From the human T2T-CHM13v2.0 reference genome, Homo sapiens: DNA of 64,000 nt. The DNA lies in assembly GCF_009914755.1 (NCBI RefSeq), contig NC_060925.1; one strand, 5' to 3'. Every line of letters starts with the position of its first letter. Position 1 is the stretch's first letter. Below, one piece after another: positions 28,700 to 42,711 of the stretch. The position numbers were made by a program, and so were the translations under genes. The notes beneath the pieces are model-generated. The model had not been told where the DNA came from, made no database searches, and saw only the letters and a list, made by a program, of their open reading frames with translations.

Positions 28700-30468
28700 T
28701 GATGGCCTTACCTCATAATTTATTGAGAAAATAAAAGCAACCAGCAAGACTACCTCTTCTTTTCATTACCAAAACTATTGACACTCCAACATCTGTAACA
28801 TATTCCTTGCTTACTATCTTGCAACTATGGTTCAAAGTCCCTGCTTCCATTGTAGGCAAGACTCTCCAATTGTGTTCTGGACTCTGTCTTTAGGACTTTG
28901 TCTCCATAATTTCTTCTTTATCTTGTGTCATCAGTGGCCTTCTAGATAATGTCTAGCACCACACACCACCATGTTCTAGTGTCTCCCATCTTCAGAAAGC
29001 TCTTCTTTGGCCCCAGATTCCTCTCATCCTCCAGGAAAACTTACTGAAAGTGTTGTCTTTATTGCCTCTGGTAGCCATCTCTACTAGATTCACCTCACAA
29101 TCTCTAATGAACTCTTCTTAGTCACACTTTAGTGGCCACTGCTGCTGAGCTTGCTCTTGATGAAGTCACTAATGACTCATACTGCCAAATCCAATGATCA
29201 TTTCTCAATTTTTATCTTGTTTGACCTCTCAAGGTAATCAACATACTGGGCCACTTTAAAAACCACAACAGAACAAAAACCCAAACTCTTCTTGTAAAAC
29301 TTTCTCTCTTTTTTTTTTTTTTTTTGGCTTCTACAACATCTGATTCTCCTGCCTTTTCTCCAACTCACTGGGTGTTCTTCCATGTCCTGTACTGATTCTT
29401 CCACCTCTGCTTGATCTCCAAATGCTTTTGAGTCTGGAGTGTTGTTCTTGGGCCTCTCCTCCATCCTCCTAAGTGTTCTCATCCAGAAGCTCAGCTTTAA
29501 GTCTTATCTGTAGGCAGACAACTCCCAATTCTTGATCACCAGCCCTCATTTTATTCTTCACTGAGCTCCAGACTCACGCATGGCATTCACAGGCTGATAT
29601 CTATTTAGTATCTCAAATTTAACACAGGCAAAACAGAAGTCTTAACCTCTCTAATCTTTTCATCTGTACTATAGGGGAGCATCATCCTCCTGGTAGTTCA
29701 AGTCACAAATCTAACAATTACTCTTGACTCATTTTTTCTCTTGCTTTTCACATCCAATCCCATCAGTAAGTGCTGCTCCCTCTACCACCAAAGCATATCT
29801 TGAGTCTATACAAGTCTCTCTATTTCCACTATCACTACCCTCTTCGAAGTGACTGACTCCTTCACTTATACAACTGCAAAAGCTTCCTGTGAATCTCCTT
29901 GCTTCTGATTTTGGACACTTAAATTCTCCACAGAGCAGTCAGGATGAGTTTTAAAAACAGATTAGCTCACTCTGTTACTAAAACCCTCACATGACTTTTC
30001 CACTGCACTCACTGTAAACATGCTTAGCTTGCAGAGCATCTCCTACCCACCCACTACCTAAGTCCCGCTCCCATCCACCTTGCTGCACTCACACGGGCCT
30101 CTCTGCTCCCTGCACTAAGTGTATTCCTGCCTTAGGGACTCTTCATTTTGCCTCCTCTATCTAACATGTTATATCCTCAGACTCTGCCTGACTTACTCCT
30201 CTTATCATTCAAGTCTCATTTCAATTGTCACCTCCATAAAGAGATCTTCCTTCATCACCAAATCTAAATTAACACTTCCCCTCCCCTACAAAGGCCCTGT
30301 TACATCACTCTGTTTTACTCTCTTCCTCTTACTTATGTTCATTTCTCAGATGTTTTCTGCCCTATTTCTTCCCTCTTCCAAGAAGACAGCCACCTTATCT
30401 ATATTGCTCATCACAGTATCTCTAGTGCCTAGAAGACATGGGGCATGTAATAGATGCCCATGAATGCA
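28700..30468 (+). mobile_element. Long degraded L2 (L2a-like)
   Basis: GCCAAATCCAATGATCATTTCTCA..., CTGAGCTCCAGACTC..., and 3' end GTATCTCTAGTGCCTAGAA. Confidence 0.75.
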
Positions 30469-30949
30469 CATAAAAGATGCTCTATGAAAAATGCCTCTTG
30501 TAATTTAAAACTAAGAAAAATCCTTATATACTGAATAATTGGTATATTTTCTTCCAGTAAAAAGAACTGTATAATCCACTATGTTTTTCTTTTTATATTG
30601 ACATGTAGGAAGCCCACTGATAAATTTAATTTCAATATCAGCTACTGTATTAGTCTTGAGTCAAAAATTTCTTTAGGGACTTTGAATTTCTATTTTCATT
30701 TTAATAATTCTAATGCATCCAGATGTTTTAAGTCATTTCACTTAAGATCCTTTCTAGAAAGAGGCATATAGGTATATAAGTAAATAGAAATGAAAGCTTG
30801 AATGTTCTATAGTTGTCCTTTTTTTCTTTATACACAAAAGAGTATACTAAACAAATTGGTAGGTGTCACAATACTGAAAATAACTATTATTATAGAAGGT
30901 GGAAAATCTGTCTGAAATTTAGTAAAATCATTTAGTTTACCTGAAGCAT

Positions 30950-31105
30950 TGGAGGGGTGGTAAGTTCACTATCATGAAAAGATTCAAGGAAAGAATGAAG
31001 AGCCACTTATTAGGGATGTTGAAGAAGGGGTTCATTCATATAAAGAAGTTGGATTAAGTGACCTCAAAGTCCTTTCCAATCCTGAGATTCACTGACTCTG
31101 TGATT
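30950..31105 (+). mobile_element. L3/CR1 3' end
   Basis: GTTGGATTAAGTGACCTCAAAGTCCTTTCCAATCCTGAGATTC..CTGTGATT. Confidence 0.6.
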
Positions 31106-31909
31106 CAACTCTTGATGCCAAATCACAAAATAAAAAGTTCAGCTTTAGACCTTAGTGATAGCATATAATGCACTATGTGGACACACACCACACATTCTTA
31201 TAAATTCTAAAGTGTTGTTATCAAGTAGACATCTCAAATCATTGTGACAACACTGTGCTGTCTTCTAAATGTATGCCGTTCTCATATTTGCTTCTTGTTG
31301 AATTAATTGGTATGCTTTTTCTAATTGTATAGGAGACTTAAATATACGAAGGTGGGGCTCATTATCATAGAAAATTATGATTGAAAACCTATAGAAAAAA
31401 AGAACACAAAATTTAAAAAAAAAGTAGGTCCTGTGTTGTAAAAATGTCTGCAAGAGGTTACAAACCATTTTGATTTGTAAAATAGTTTGGAATAAAAAAC
31501 CTATGTCCATAGCACTTCCTTTGAAAACTTTTTTATAAAGTCTCAAATGTAGAAGGAAATGAAGAGAAATAAAAGTAAATAATTGCCCCAAATGGCTAAT
31601 TCTTCAGAATGCAAATGTGAATTGAAGATGTGCTCTAAATCTGGCATTTACATTCTTCATTCGGAATGGAGCAAATGGCCTAATGTGATTAATTATTTAT
31701 TAGCGTGACTCTTTTCCACAGAAAGATATAGGTTAACACTCATCTTTAATATTTGTGGCCTCTTTTATTCCTCAATATATGAGCTTGTTCTTTTTTCTAT
31801 TTTTTTTTTTTTTTGCACTTTAAAATGTCACCGTCTACAAGTTATTCCTGATAATTACGCAAATAACCTAAAAACTCTGTAGGCACCTTTAAATCAAGAG
31901 ATTTTTTAA

Positions 31910-32640
31910 AAAGTATTAATTAACTATGCTTTCTATGTGCCAGGCACTGTGCTATGTGCTAGAAACACAAAGACAAACTAAAGAAAGTTTCTCCCCAACA
32001 AAGTTTGAAGTTCAGTAGGAGAGGCAGATAATAAAGAGATTAATGTGATCAGTGAAATTAATAGTTATTGATGAGGGCTCTGGAAAAAGGAGAGTGTGTC
32101 TAGTACTGATAGGAGTAAGAAGAATGTAGAAAAAATTCAAAGCAGAGGTGACCCTTGCACTCATACTTGAAGACATTCCAAGAAGAGCCAATAGTACACA
32201 TCAAAGTATGAGAGCCTGAGAACACTTATCCTTTCATTGTAGTCACACTTGAGTTCTTTCCATTCCTCAAACATTCTAAACTTGTGTCCATCTCAGGGAC
32301 TTTGCATTTGTTATCTTCTGCCTGAATGCTTTGACCCTAGATCTTTGCATGGCTGGCTCCCTCTTGTCATCCAACTCTTACCTGCCATCTGCCCAAGAGC
32401 CCTTAACAACAGCCCAGTTCCCCATTCACTCTCAACCATATCATTTGATTGTATTTATGTTACAGTATTTATCACTATTGAAAGTAGCTTTATTCATTTC
32501 TTTGCTTTATATAATTGATGTCCTATCTAGAATCTCAGGTCTATGAGAAGCCAGAAGCTTGTCTGTTTTGTTCATCAGTGTGTCTTCTGAGCTGAGAAAA
32601 GTCTCTGGTATATAATGCATATTTGCTGAATGCATAAATA
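31910..32640. mobile_element. Two opposed L2 3' fragments (minus about 31910-32225, plus about 32240-32640)
   Basis: CTATGTGCCAGGCACTGTGCTA (minus) and CTCAGGGACTTTGCATTTG...ATATTTGCTGAATGCATAAAT (plus). Confidence 0.65.
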
Positions 32641-34454
32641 AACTATCATCTTGGCCTCAAAATTAAGGATGGACTCAATCCTGAAAAAGACAGAATTCTG
32701 GCAGGACAGAGTTGGTTAGAAGGAAAGCAAGACAGCATTTAAAAGACGATTTCAGTAACTCAGCTAAGAGATTATTAAAGCCTCAACTCAGGCAGTTGTC
32801 CTGGGAAAGCAGAGTTCTAAGAGGTAAAAAGAAGACAAAATCTGCAAGGTTTTAGGACTATTATATATTCAGGGTAGAAGCAAGAATCTAGCACTATTGT
32901 GTTTAACAACTAGTTTGATTGTAGTTACATTCACCAAGGGAGGAAACACCATGAGAAGGAGCAAGAAGGGTATAAAGGGCAAAGGAGCTCATGAGTTTAG
33001 GCTCTAAAATGTTGAGTTTAGGATGCCCATGGCACATCCAGGTAGAACTATCAAGTAGAAAGTCAGAAATATAAATATATTTCTGAGGCTTTTTGAAATA
33101 CTGATATATTTCTTTTAACTAAAACACCTATATAAAGGGGACATTTTGAAAGAACATTAAAGTCTAGTGGAAAATTCTCTCTTCTGAAAAATATCCTCTG
33201 ATCACCCCTGGAGTGAATTGCAGGCACTCTTCCTTGGTGCTCCAAGAGTAGTCTGTGCACTTATAATACCACGTTGTAGTTAGTTGCTTGCTTGGCTGAC
33301 TCTTCAGTTAAGCCATGAGCTCCACTACATACAGCTGTACATTGCAGACCTGTGAGTAACAGTTTTGATCATGTCACACCAGTCCACCGGTACTAATTTC
33401 TCCAATGAGTTCCCACTGCCTAAGAATCAGCTCCAAATGCTTTAGCATGGTATTCAAAGCCCTACATAATTTTGTCCTAACATATCTGCCTAAACAATCT
33501 CACTCTGCGTTCTCTAAATGCTTGAATAAACTCTCTGCTGAGCCAAACCAGTTATGTACATTTCTGCAGGGTCTGAATATTGATTCTGTCATGCCCTAGA
33601 ATTACTCCAACTCAGGGATGATGACTGGCACTGACAAAGCTCACAAGAGACTGATGTCTAAAATCAGAATGCCAATGAAATAATTTACATTGAGAAATTT
33701 AACTGCTGAGCCGAACTGATGTTCATGTTGCCCTGACCAGTTCATTCCTCCCTGTAGGCAAACTACATGAAAAACCTAATTATCAAAAGGTTGCTTGATG
33801 AGTGTGGAGTCAGAACAAGGGGAATTGCATGAATAGAATATCTGATGGCATCCATCTCTGCTAGCCTGTGGTCAAGAGAGCAGGATCCTTACATAGGATC
33901 CTCTCATCAATTTGACTTGGTGCCCTAATCTGGAGAGTTCTTGGATGGACAGAGTTGTTTGATCATCATTTGTACTTCTCTTTAGATATGTTAATAGATT
34001 GAATAAATGTATCATCAAGCCTTGCTGGACTAGAAGCCTTACAGGTCTCATTATGGTGACTATCTACATCTGTGCTTTAATTATGTGTTAATTTCTAGTT
34101 TAACTCTTAGAAAACAGTGCTATTTTCCAAATTCCTAAGTTTGGAAAAGTGCCTCCCATAAATTAGTAGTCTTCTTTGCTCTGTGGCCCTGCCCAGGAAT
34201 CAGCACCTCTGACACCAGCCTCAGAGTGCCCGTCCTTCCCTGAAATCCTGCAGCAGCCTTTGCTGTGGACCACACATTTGGTGCACAGCCCATGTTACTT
34301 GTGCTTGCTCTTTAGCTTTTCATATGCTTGTGGGGTCTTGTCATCTGGTGTGTAATTTCCCTTGGAGGACAGAGGTGTGCATTCAATATTTGTGTGAGTA
34401 ATTAATGATGAGGTCTAGATTTTCATTTTTTTCTTAGTATACCACTGGTTATAG

Positions 34455-34796
<342 letters not shown>

Positions 34797-37700
34797 AGAA
34801 TATGATTATTTCTTTCACAGCTATGCTTGACAATGTCAGCATTATTTAAAATTGCATCCTTTTTTCAGGATAGTTTACGTATTTAAAACAAAAGGAAACA
34901 AACTCCATCTCTAAAACCCGAGATGATAATATGTGGCCTTTATTACAGGATGCCAACTGTAGCAATTTGGACTTTATTTTCCTAGACTTGGATCACAGGT
35001 CAAGCAAATGGTCATACAACATTTTAATGACTTTGACCTAATATAAAAAGAGAGAGATAAACAGAATAGGCTGAACTTTTTGTATGAGGACCTGTAAATC
35101 TTTGACCTCCCTTGACACAGCATACTTGGATCCACACCATATGCAGTGTCATGCCCCCTGTAGACATGTTATAAAAACTAATTGACTTGAAAAATAGTAT
35201 GAGGTGTATTCCATGAGACCTAGTAATGCAAATAGCGCAGAGAACTCTGCTACTACTTTCCTGTTAGCAGAGTATCTTATTTAGGAATATAAACCCAATA
35301 TCACACCATTGGCATCTGAAAATGGTTGAGGGTTCAGATAGCATCTTAGCAAGAACTTTAAATATAGACTTAGAAGTCCTGAAGTTTAAACCCATAAGTG
35401 AAGCTTCACTTACATATGCTGACTGTTTTGTCTCAAGTGTAATAATGCTATGGCCGTTACTCAGCCCCTTTTGAAGTTCATCCTTGTATTTATCCCTGGA
35501 TTCTATGTCACACTGCTTCCTTCCCATTCTTGTTTTCTTTCCTTCACTCCTTAAATAAATGTGTATAGTACCCCTTACTCTATCAGAAGAATTATGCTAG
35601 TTGGTAATAATACAAAGATGAGATGTTCTCTTCCTCAAAAATAAGTGGGCTTATCAGTAGGCTTCCTACAAGGCAGTACAGGAAGAGAAACAGTGGATTA
35701 CATGGTTCTTACCTAACAGAAGAAAGCATACCAATTCTCCATCAAATAAAATTTAGTTAGGTCTACATTATGAGATGAATTTCTCATGTAGCATCTTATC
35801 GGAGAGCTTTCATTTCTTAGTTTTCTATGTGTATTCAATTCCAATGTCTAATGCCAAGGATAATGCTGAATATCTTTTTCACTAATCAATCATTTTTTGA
35901 TTCTGTTGAATATCAGGGAGAAATCTTGGGGCCTGAAGATCTATTTTGTGAAAAGGGCCTGGGGAAACACCTTAAACTATCAAAATCATCTTCTCTTGGT
36001 TATTGGACAATAGCTCTCATACACCCAGTTCTTGGTAGATGGGAACAAATGAGACACTGAGTTCACCTCTCCTATGCATGACCATCATCCCTTCGCCTTT
36101 TCTCAAAACAAATTCAGTTGGGTGGTGACTAGGCACAAAATGCTGCCCTTGTGAACTGAGAGAAGAAAGCAGAACATAGTGGACTGACAAGCAGAGAATG
36201 CTGTAAGAGTCTGTCTGAATATCCAATAACATTTGGGATTTTTCAGGAGAGCTTCATGATGTAAGCACAAGGTGTTATTAAAGCCAGTCCTGCTGCTAAA
36301 GGCAATGTGGAGAATTGGGGGCTTCTTATTTGCTCCTTAAACACCCCAGTTATTTTCCCGGTAAGGACAGTATAGAACCCTGCTGTCTGAAAAAGTTACA
36401 AATAGGCCAACTATGTCTTCCTGTATTTATGCCTCCCTGGTTTTACAATGCTTTCCTCCATTCTTGGATTGAAGGCGGAGGAAGGTCTGCCCACAGAATG
36501 ACCAGCTCACCTTTGAAGGTCTTTGTGGTGCCGGAGGCATCACAAAAGGCCCCAGGTAAAAATAAATTACTTTCCTCACAGTGATTATCACAGTCGTTTA
36601 GACTTTACCTGAACTACACGGTTCCGTCATTAAATTCTACATAATGGAAGACAGGAGATCTCACCTCTTTTACTACACCTAAAACCAGCCAGGCATAATT
36701 CTGCTCTCTTATCTATGGCCTAGAAAGACACACCTGTAATCTGTATTTCCTCTTTCTAAATGTGTCAGCCTATTTATTATAATTATTATTACTGTTGAAT
36801 CTGATTTATACCTAAAGTTCCCTTGAAGCCAACAGGCTACATTCAATGCTTACAAATAAGTTATTGTAAAATGGATGTAATCATAGTAAAAGTAGCCACT
36901 ACACTGAATGAGGCTGTTTGTATACTAGACAACAAAATGTATTCATGGTGTTACCATGGAGAGAATGGAGAGGTTTTGGACTCATTTTAAAGAAGGTGCC
37001 TTTATTCTAAGTATACCTTTAAATGAGTAACCTGAAACAAATGACTTGTTTTTTTACAAAATTAGAACAAACTGAATATACGTCTCTTTAAAGCTGGGCT
37101 ATTACAGGGACATAACAGTAAATGCTAACGTACATACTGATGGTTGGCACGTGCAAATGAGCATGCTGATCGCTAGTTCACATCACGGTTCATTATGACA
37201 TACAACTGACAGAAATCAAAGTTAAGCAAAAAACAGCCACCAACTGCACAGTCTTCCCTCCATATGTAGACATTTTACCTCACAATCCCCTTTGTTATTA
37301 GCAAAAAGCTTGCAAATAGAGGCTAAAATAAATAATAAGAGGACTATGAATTACTGGCTAATTTTAAAATGGCACAGAACCTTGGAGAGGGCAGGAAGCA
37401 CCAGCTGAGATGAGTACATATTTCCCTAGAGCATTTTAAACTATCTTAAAGTGCACACGATGCATTGGTGAATGACTGCCTCTGAGAAAGCACTCTGATC
37501 TTGGAAGCTGAGCAGCACAAATACTTGGCTTGGAAGAAGTTGGCATGGCAACTCTGCATTTGCAATGGTGAGTCCCAGAGTAAACAGGTGCATAAAACAA
37601 CTACTTGAATGAGTTTGCTTCTCTACAAAGTGGTTAAATCTCATAAAGCATTTTTTTTCACTTCTCTTTTTGAAAAGTACAAACACTTAGTTTAATAATG

Positions 37701-37924
37701 TAAGGCAGTTCATTTGCTAATGGGAGAAGATATTCATGACTCATGGAAAGATTTATTCTCTGTACTTTCCCTGTGTAAATAAGGTGACATTTAGGCAGAA
37801 ATATATCATTTTCCCCTCACAGTAGACACAATTCTCCACTGACTGGAAAACAGTACCTCCCCCATCCCCCAAAGCTTTCTGTGTATGTTTAAAAAAGCAT
37901 ATTCCCCAAAAAATAATTGCTTAC

Positions 37925-37973
37925 CTGTTGGCAACAGGCCCCTTGAAATCTGGGTCATATGTCCTTGGATCAC
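37925..37973 (-). CDS. SLC44A5: Internal 49-nt coding exon of choline transporter-like protein 5, peptide (G)DPRTYDPDFKGPVAN(R)
   Basis: Minus strand reads ctttgttttaaatgcag|GT GAT CCA AGG ACA TAT GAC CCA GAT TTC AAG GGG CCT GTT GCC AAC AG|gtaagc. Splice sites are canonical (phase 1 in, phase 2 out). The peptide carries the SLC44/CTL 'YDPxFxGPxxxR-SCTD' motif in the version I recall for SLC44A5. Confidence 0.92.
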
Positions 37974-38859
37974 CTGCATTTAAAACAAAGACATTTTAAG
38001 CATATAAGCCAGCAAATAAATTAATATAAAATATTAATGAAGAAATATCTACATATTGGTTAGTCCACTGCTCAGTGCAGTGATGAATTCATACTTTGGT
38101 TTGATGAAACATAAGTATGTCTTGGTTACAGTTGTCAATTCTTTCTCCTATCTCCAGCTTAGAAGGAGGACTGGGAAGAGTGGTTAAGGAACATATTCCA
38201 TATACCCAGTGAATGTATCCTCCCACCATACTGAGTACCAACATTAAAGATTGTATCCAGGGTAGCAAAACTTGAAGACTTTATGGTCTGCAAAACAATT
38301 TTACCATCTTCCATCACCAAGTGTTGCTGAGGACTTGTGAGGTGCACATTTCAATATGAGATGCCTCCTTATCCCAGCTCTCCCATTCCTCTCAGTAGAT
38401 TAGAGTTTCCTTCGAGAAGTTCAAATACTAGGTACTGTTGGTCTCTATCATGTTGGCTGTATGGTACATAAAAATTAATGTTCTATTATAAAAACATTTT
38501 TATTGCAGTTTTTTCAATCTACTGGCAGACTTCATGCCATCTGGGAAGGTGCCCTTGTCACTTTACTGCATTATGATTGTGATATATTACCCTTTTCTTT
38601 AAACAGTGAAAGTACATATGGAATGGCTTTTTTCTCCCTACATGTACTGTGTGGGCAGACCCAGTAACAAATTATGTAAAGTCATTGCTGGCCAAGGGTG
38701 TGCATTTTGCAATCCCCGACTTCTTGACTCTTCCCCTACAACCTAAGCACTCCCACCTGTTCCTCTAGGGATTTGTCCCTATAAAAAGGTCTGGTCCTGA
38801 ATAAAAGATAAAATTTTCCTGTTTGAGACAGTTGATTTGTACTTCAGTGCCAAGTTCTC

Positions 38860-39390
38860 TAGCACACTGTCTGCTTCTCTTTTTTGGACAGCTTATCTGA
38901 ATCTGCCTCACTGCAACAGATAATATTAAAAGTGTTTAAGTCTACTTTATCTGAGAACTGACCATCCCTCTGTCCCCCAATCCACAGGAGTAGGTCTTTA
39001 GTAGTGACATTTCTTCTTTGTGCCTGTTTTCTGGCCATGGCCAACTGGATCTGGTTCAGATATTGGATCCAAGCTGGGCCAGTCAGATTCTCAATCCCAG
39101 GAATTTAGAATTAGAATGGACAACGAGTTATTCTCAGTAGAAGACTGGAACTGCAAAATATAAACCTCGCAAACAAGAGAAGCAGAGAAATCTGGCTTTC
39201 AGAAAGAAGTTATTGAAGTAAATGTTCAAAGAGAAACAGAGACAATGGTCCTAATGGCATTTATCTTGTGGTCTAGTTCCTACCTGAAGCCCAGCGTTGA
39301 GTTTCATGAGATACCTTATAGTCTTAAACTGCATTCCCTTTTCTCACTTTTAACTAGTTCAAATTGGTTATATGTAACAAAAGAGCCAAA
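38860..39390 (+). mobile_element. Old MaLR LTR (MLT1K/L-like)
   Basis: CCAAGCTGGGCCAGTCAGATTCTC..CCCAGGAATTT...ACCTGAAGCCCAGC...TGTAACAAAAGAG. Confidence 0.55.
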
Positions 39391-39560
39391 GAGTCCTATT
39401 AATAATTCGTTCTCTCTTGGCTTACATTTTAACTATTTATTTTAACAACATTTTTTGGATCCTTGCCATGAACACTGGTGTGAGGATATGAAGAGGAATT
39501 TTTCAGACTAAGTCTGCCTTTATGAATCTCATACTTGAATAAGAAATATAAGCTCGAGAG

Positions 39561-39930
39561 GGCCGGACATGGGTGGCTCACACCTATAATCCTAGCACTT
39601 TGAAAAGCCAAGGCTGGTGGACTGCTTGAGGCCAGGAGTTCCAGAGCAGCCTGGGTAACCTGGCAAAACCTCAGATTAGCTGGGCGTGATGGTGCACACC
39701 TGTAGTCCTAGCTATTCCAAAGGCTGAGGCATGAGAATCCCTTGAACCCAGGAGGCGGACGTTGCAGTGAGCTGAGATTGTGGCACTGTACTCCAGCTTG
39801 GGCGAGAGAGCAAGACAGATGAGAGAAAGAAAAGAAAGAGAAAGGAAGGAAAGGAAGAGAAAAGAAAGAAAAAGAAAGAAGGAACGAGAGAGAAGAAGGA
39901 AGGAAGGAAGGAAAAAAGGAAGGAAAGAAA
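39561..39930 (+). mobile_element. AluJ (middle deleted) with expanded GA-rich tail
   Basis: Alu at 39561-39820 lacks the central A-linker; polypurine tail 39821-39930; degenerate ATAAGCT duplication. Confidence 0.88.
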
Positions 39931-40147
39931 ACATAAGCTGGAAACATCATTTCAACACTGTGTGGTAAGAGCTGTGATAGAGAATGCTGTGGGGCACAGG
40001 GCGGGTCACGAATGAACAGGCTTCACAGGCTCCTAACACTCAGCTCTGGCTTCATTTTCTGCTCATGCTCTGACCCTGTGCTCTTTGACTTGAATCTTTC
40101 ACTCTGATGTTGAACAGTAATATTTGCATCATTCCTGGTTCTAGATT

Positions 40148-40329
40148 TCAGTTCCCTAATCTGTCTGAATAGCTGAAATAGCTCAAAAACTTTTAGGGGT
40201 ACAAGATTCCAACAATCCCCCATATCAAATATTCTAATTCCATAGATCTGAGGAATGGGCCTGAGAATCTGTATTTTTAGATGACCCACTAACTGACTCT
40301 GATGCACAGACAGATTTGGGAACCATTAA
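40148..40329. mobile_element. MER5A-like (hAT-Charlie)
   Basis: GGGCCTGAGAATCTGTATTTTTA...CTCTGATGCACAG...TTTGGGAACCATT. Confidence 0.7.
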
Positions 40330-40664
40330 TCTATTTGATTTTAGTCTCAATTTAATAAGTACATCCCAGTTTACACACTGTCATTATGTCTAGTTCTACT
40401 TAACAGACCAACCTAATGGAGAAAATGAGGAGAAAAGCAGGTCATCATGATGTGTATGAGTTTTGGGAGACACTACCATTAGATGTGAGGAGCCAGTGAA
40501 AGAGTTTTAGGAAGAGACACAGACATTCAAGAAAGTCAAATAATTTCAAGAAAAAGGAAAGATCATAAACTCTATAAAATTTATTCTTATTTGTACCAGG
40601 GACTACCGTAAGTTCTTTACATGTAGGTCTGCCATCTTGCACAATTCCACATAGAACGCAATGT

Positions 40665-40910
40665 GAATTGTACTTCTCTGAGCACTGCAATGCAATAGCC
40701 CTAGTGTATTTATTATGTCATTTAATGTTTCTAAAAATTCATGCCATTTCAATGTAATAAAATATGCCATTATTATTATTCTATTTTACAAATGAGGAAG
40801 TTGGGGTACAGAAAGGTGAGATAATTTTCCCTAGCTCACTCAGCTAACAAGAGGCGGAGGTGGCATTGGAAGGCAGACTGTCCAACTCCAAACAAAGCCT
40901 GTGTTGAACC
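40665..40910 (-). mobile_element. MIR
   Basis: ATTATTCTATTTTACAAATGAGGAAGTTGGGGTACAGAAAGGTGAGATAATTTTCCC core. Confidence 0.75.
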
Positions 40911-42711
40911 ATTTAGCAGTAAGTTACTCACTGGTCATTTTAAAGTAATCCCACAGATGAGTAAGGAGAAGACAGGTTTAAAGGGGTTAACAACTTCTAT
41001 TGATTTTGTAATTATTTGCTGTTTACATTAAAGGTAGGCAAAACCAGCTTAAAAGTATTTAGGCTGGCTTCCAATCTTCCTGTGATTTGTACCTCACCAA
41101 GTGAGAAAGTGGATTGCAGTGTAAATGAAATGCCATTGTCGAATCTGCCTGAAAAGCTGACATTTTCTGATTGTAAATACTGGCTGCTTTATTTTTCAGT
41201 TGAAAATACACCAAAACCAGTCAGATGATAAGATTGAGCTGATTCTGTATAGTAATGACAGCTGGAAAGTGATTACTTCACCCTGCCCCCATGTGCTGTC
41301 AGAATTTGTATTGTCATGCAAATTTTTTATATCCTGCAAATCAATAGAGGGCAGTGCTTTTATAGGGGCCCTCACGTACTCTAATTGCGTCTCTGGAATA
41401 AATAGACTGAAGGGCCAGCTAAATGAAAAAAGCCACAGTGGTTCGCTGTCATGTGGCTTAGCTCCTTGAATGCAATTCATATTTCTCACTTAAAGACAAA
41501 AAACCCTAAAATTATATAATATTTTATAAGCTTCTTAAGTCATTTGACTTTCTGATCACCAAGTTTATTGTCTTGCAACAGTAAATTTAGAATCATTGAA
41601 AAACATTTATAAAAGACAGCTACACATTTGTTGTGGTGGTTAACAGTTGGTATTGCAGCCATACAATGCAATTTCCAAACCAGAAATAATTCATGAAGAT
41701 TAAGGAAAATAGTTCAGGTAACTAATTCAATTCATAGGGGCAGATTTCACATGGCTCCATTGAAAGCAAATGGCAAGATAAAGCAGCCAGTGATGCTTAG
41801 AAAGACTCTTTTCTTTAAAAGTAATCTGTTTCTCAAAGAAAATGACAATATAACTACCATTGATAAGCTATAAAAAGTAAAAATCCAAAACATTTGATTT
41901 TATTCCTGCAGGAATATTCTCCTTCTGAGAACCTAATATTAATTCAGAGAGCAAAAAAGGAACTCAGGTGGGATGAATACATGTTCTAGAACTTAAAAGA
42001 GACCTACTGTGAGTAAGCAGGTCAGATTACTTTCCAGTGAACATGGAAAAATGGAGCAGTACAAAATTAAGACTTTAATATACAACAATAGCCAGCAGAG
42101 AAATGTGAATACTTAAGTACGTGTTTTGTTTTATTTTTAAAACATGCTTTATAGTATGTCTATAAAAGAGGGCCTGTCATTTCATTCAAAGAAAGGGTTC
42201 TGTTTTCCTCTAAGTCCCACCAAATAATAAGGAATCATGTTCTTAGCCATTTCTTACAGGATGATGTTCCCACTTCTTAGCCCAACACACATGGCTTTTT
42301 ACGATATGGCTCATCTCACCAGTCTTATTTCTTATAATGCCCCTCTTTTAACTTGATCTTATGCAATTCTGTACTATGTATGGTTCCCCCCTTTTCATAT
42401 TCATATTCTGTTCCCTCTGAGCAATGTGACTTTCTCCTCCTTATTCCCTTGGTGATGGCTAAAGGAGGCCTACACTTCCCCTCACAAACTTCCTACTGAT
42501 TCTCAAGAAGGACAAGAACAAAGACATTCTACTGGCCACTGTGCCAAAGTGGGCCAAAGTGAATTCCACCCACTTTGACAGGAGAAGAATCCTGAGAACT
42601 TTCAAAGAATTCCATTCCAAAGCAGCTAATTCCATTAATCTCTGAGACACAGTACTTCCATTTGCATTGTTGAGCTTAGGACACTATAATACAGGTTATC
42701 TGTTTTCATGT

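Noticed and set aside
38159-38460. ORF just upstream of the exon, considered as an extra exon
   Set aside because: No SLC44 similarity, and the adjacent sequence resembles a decayed L2.
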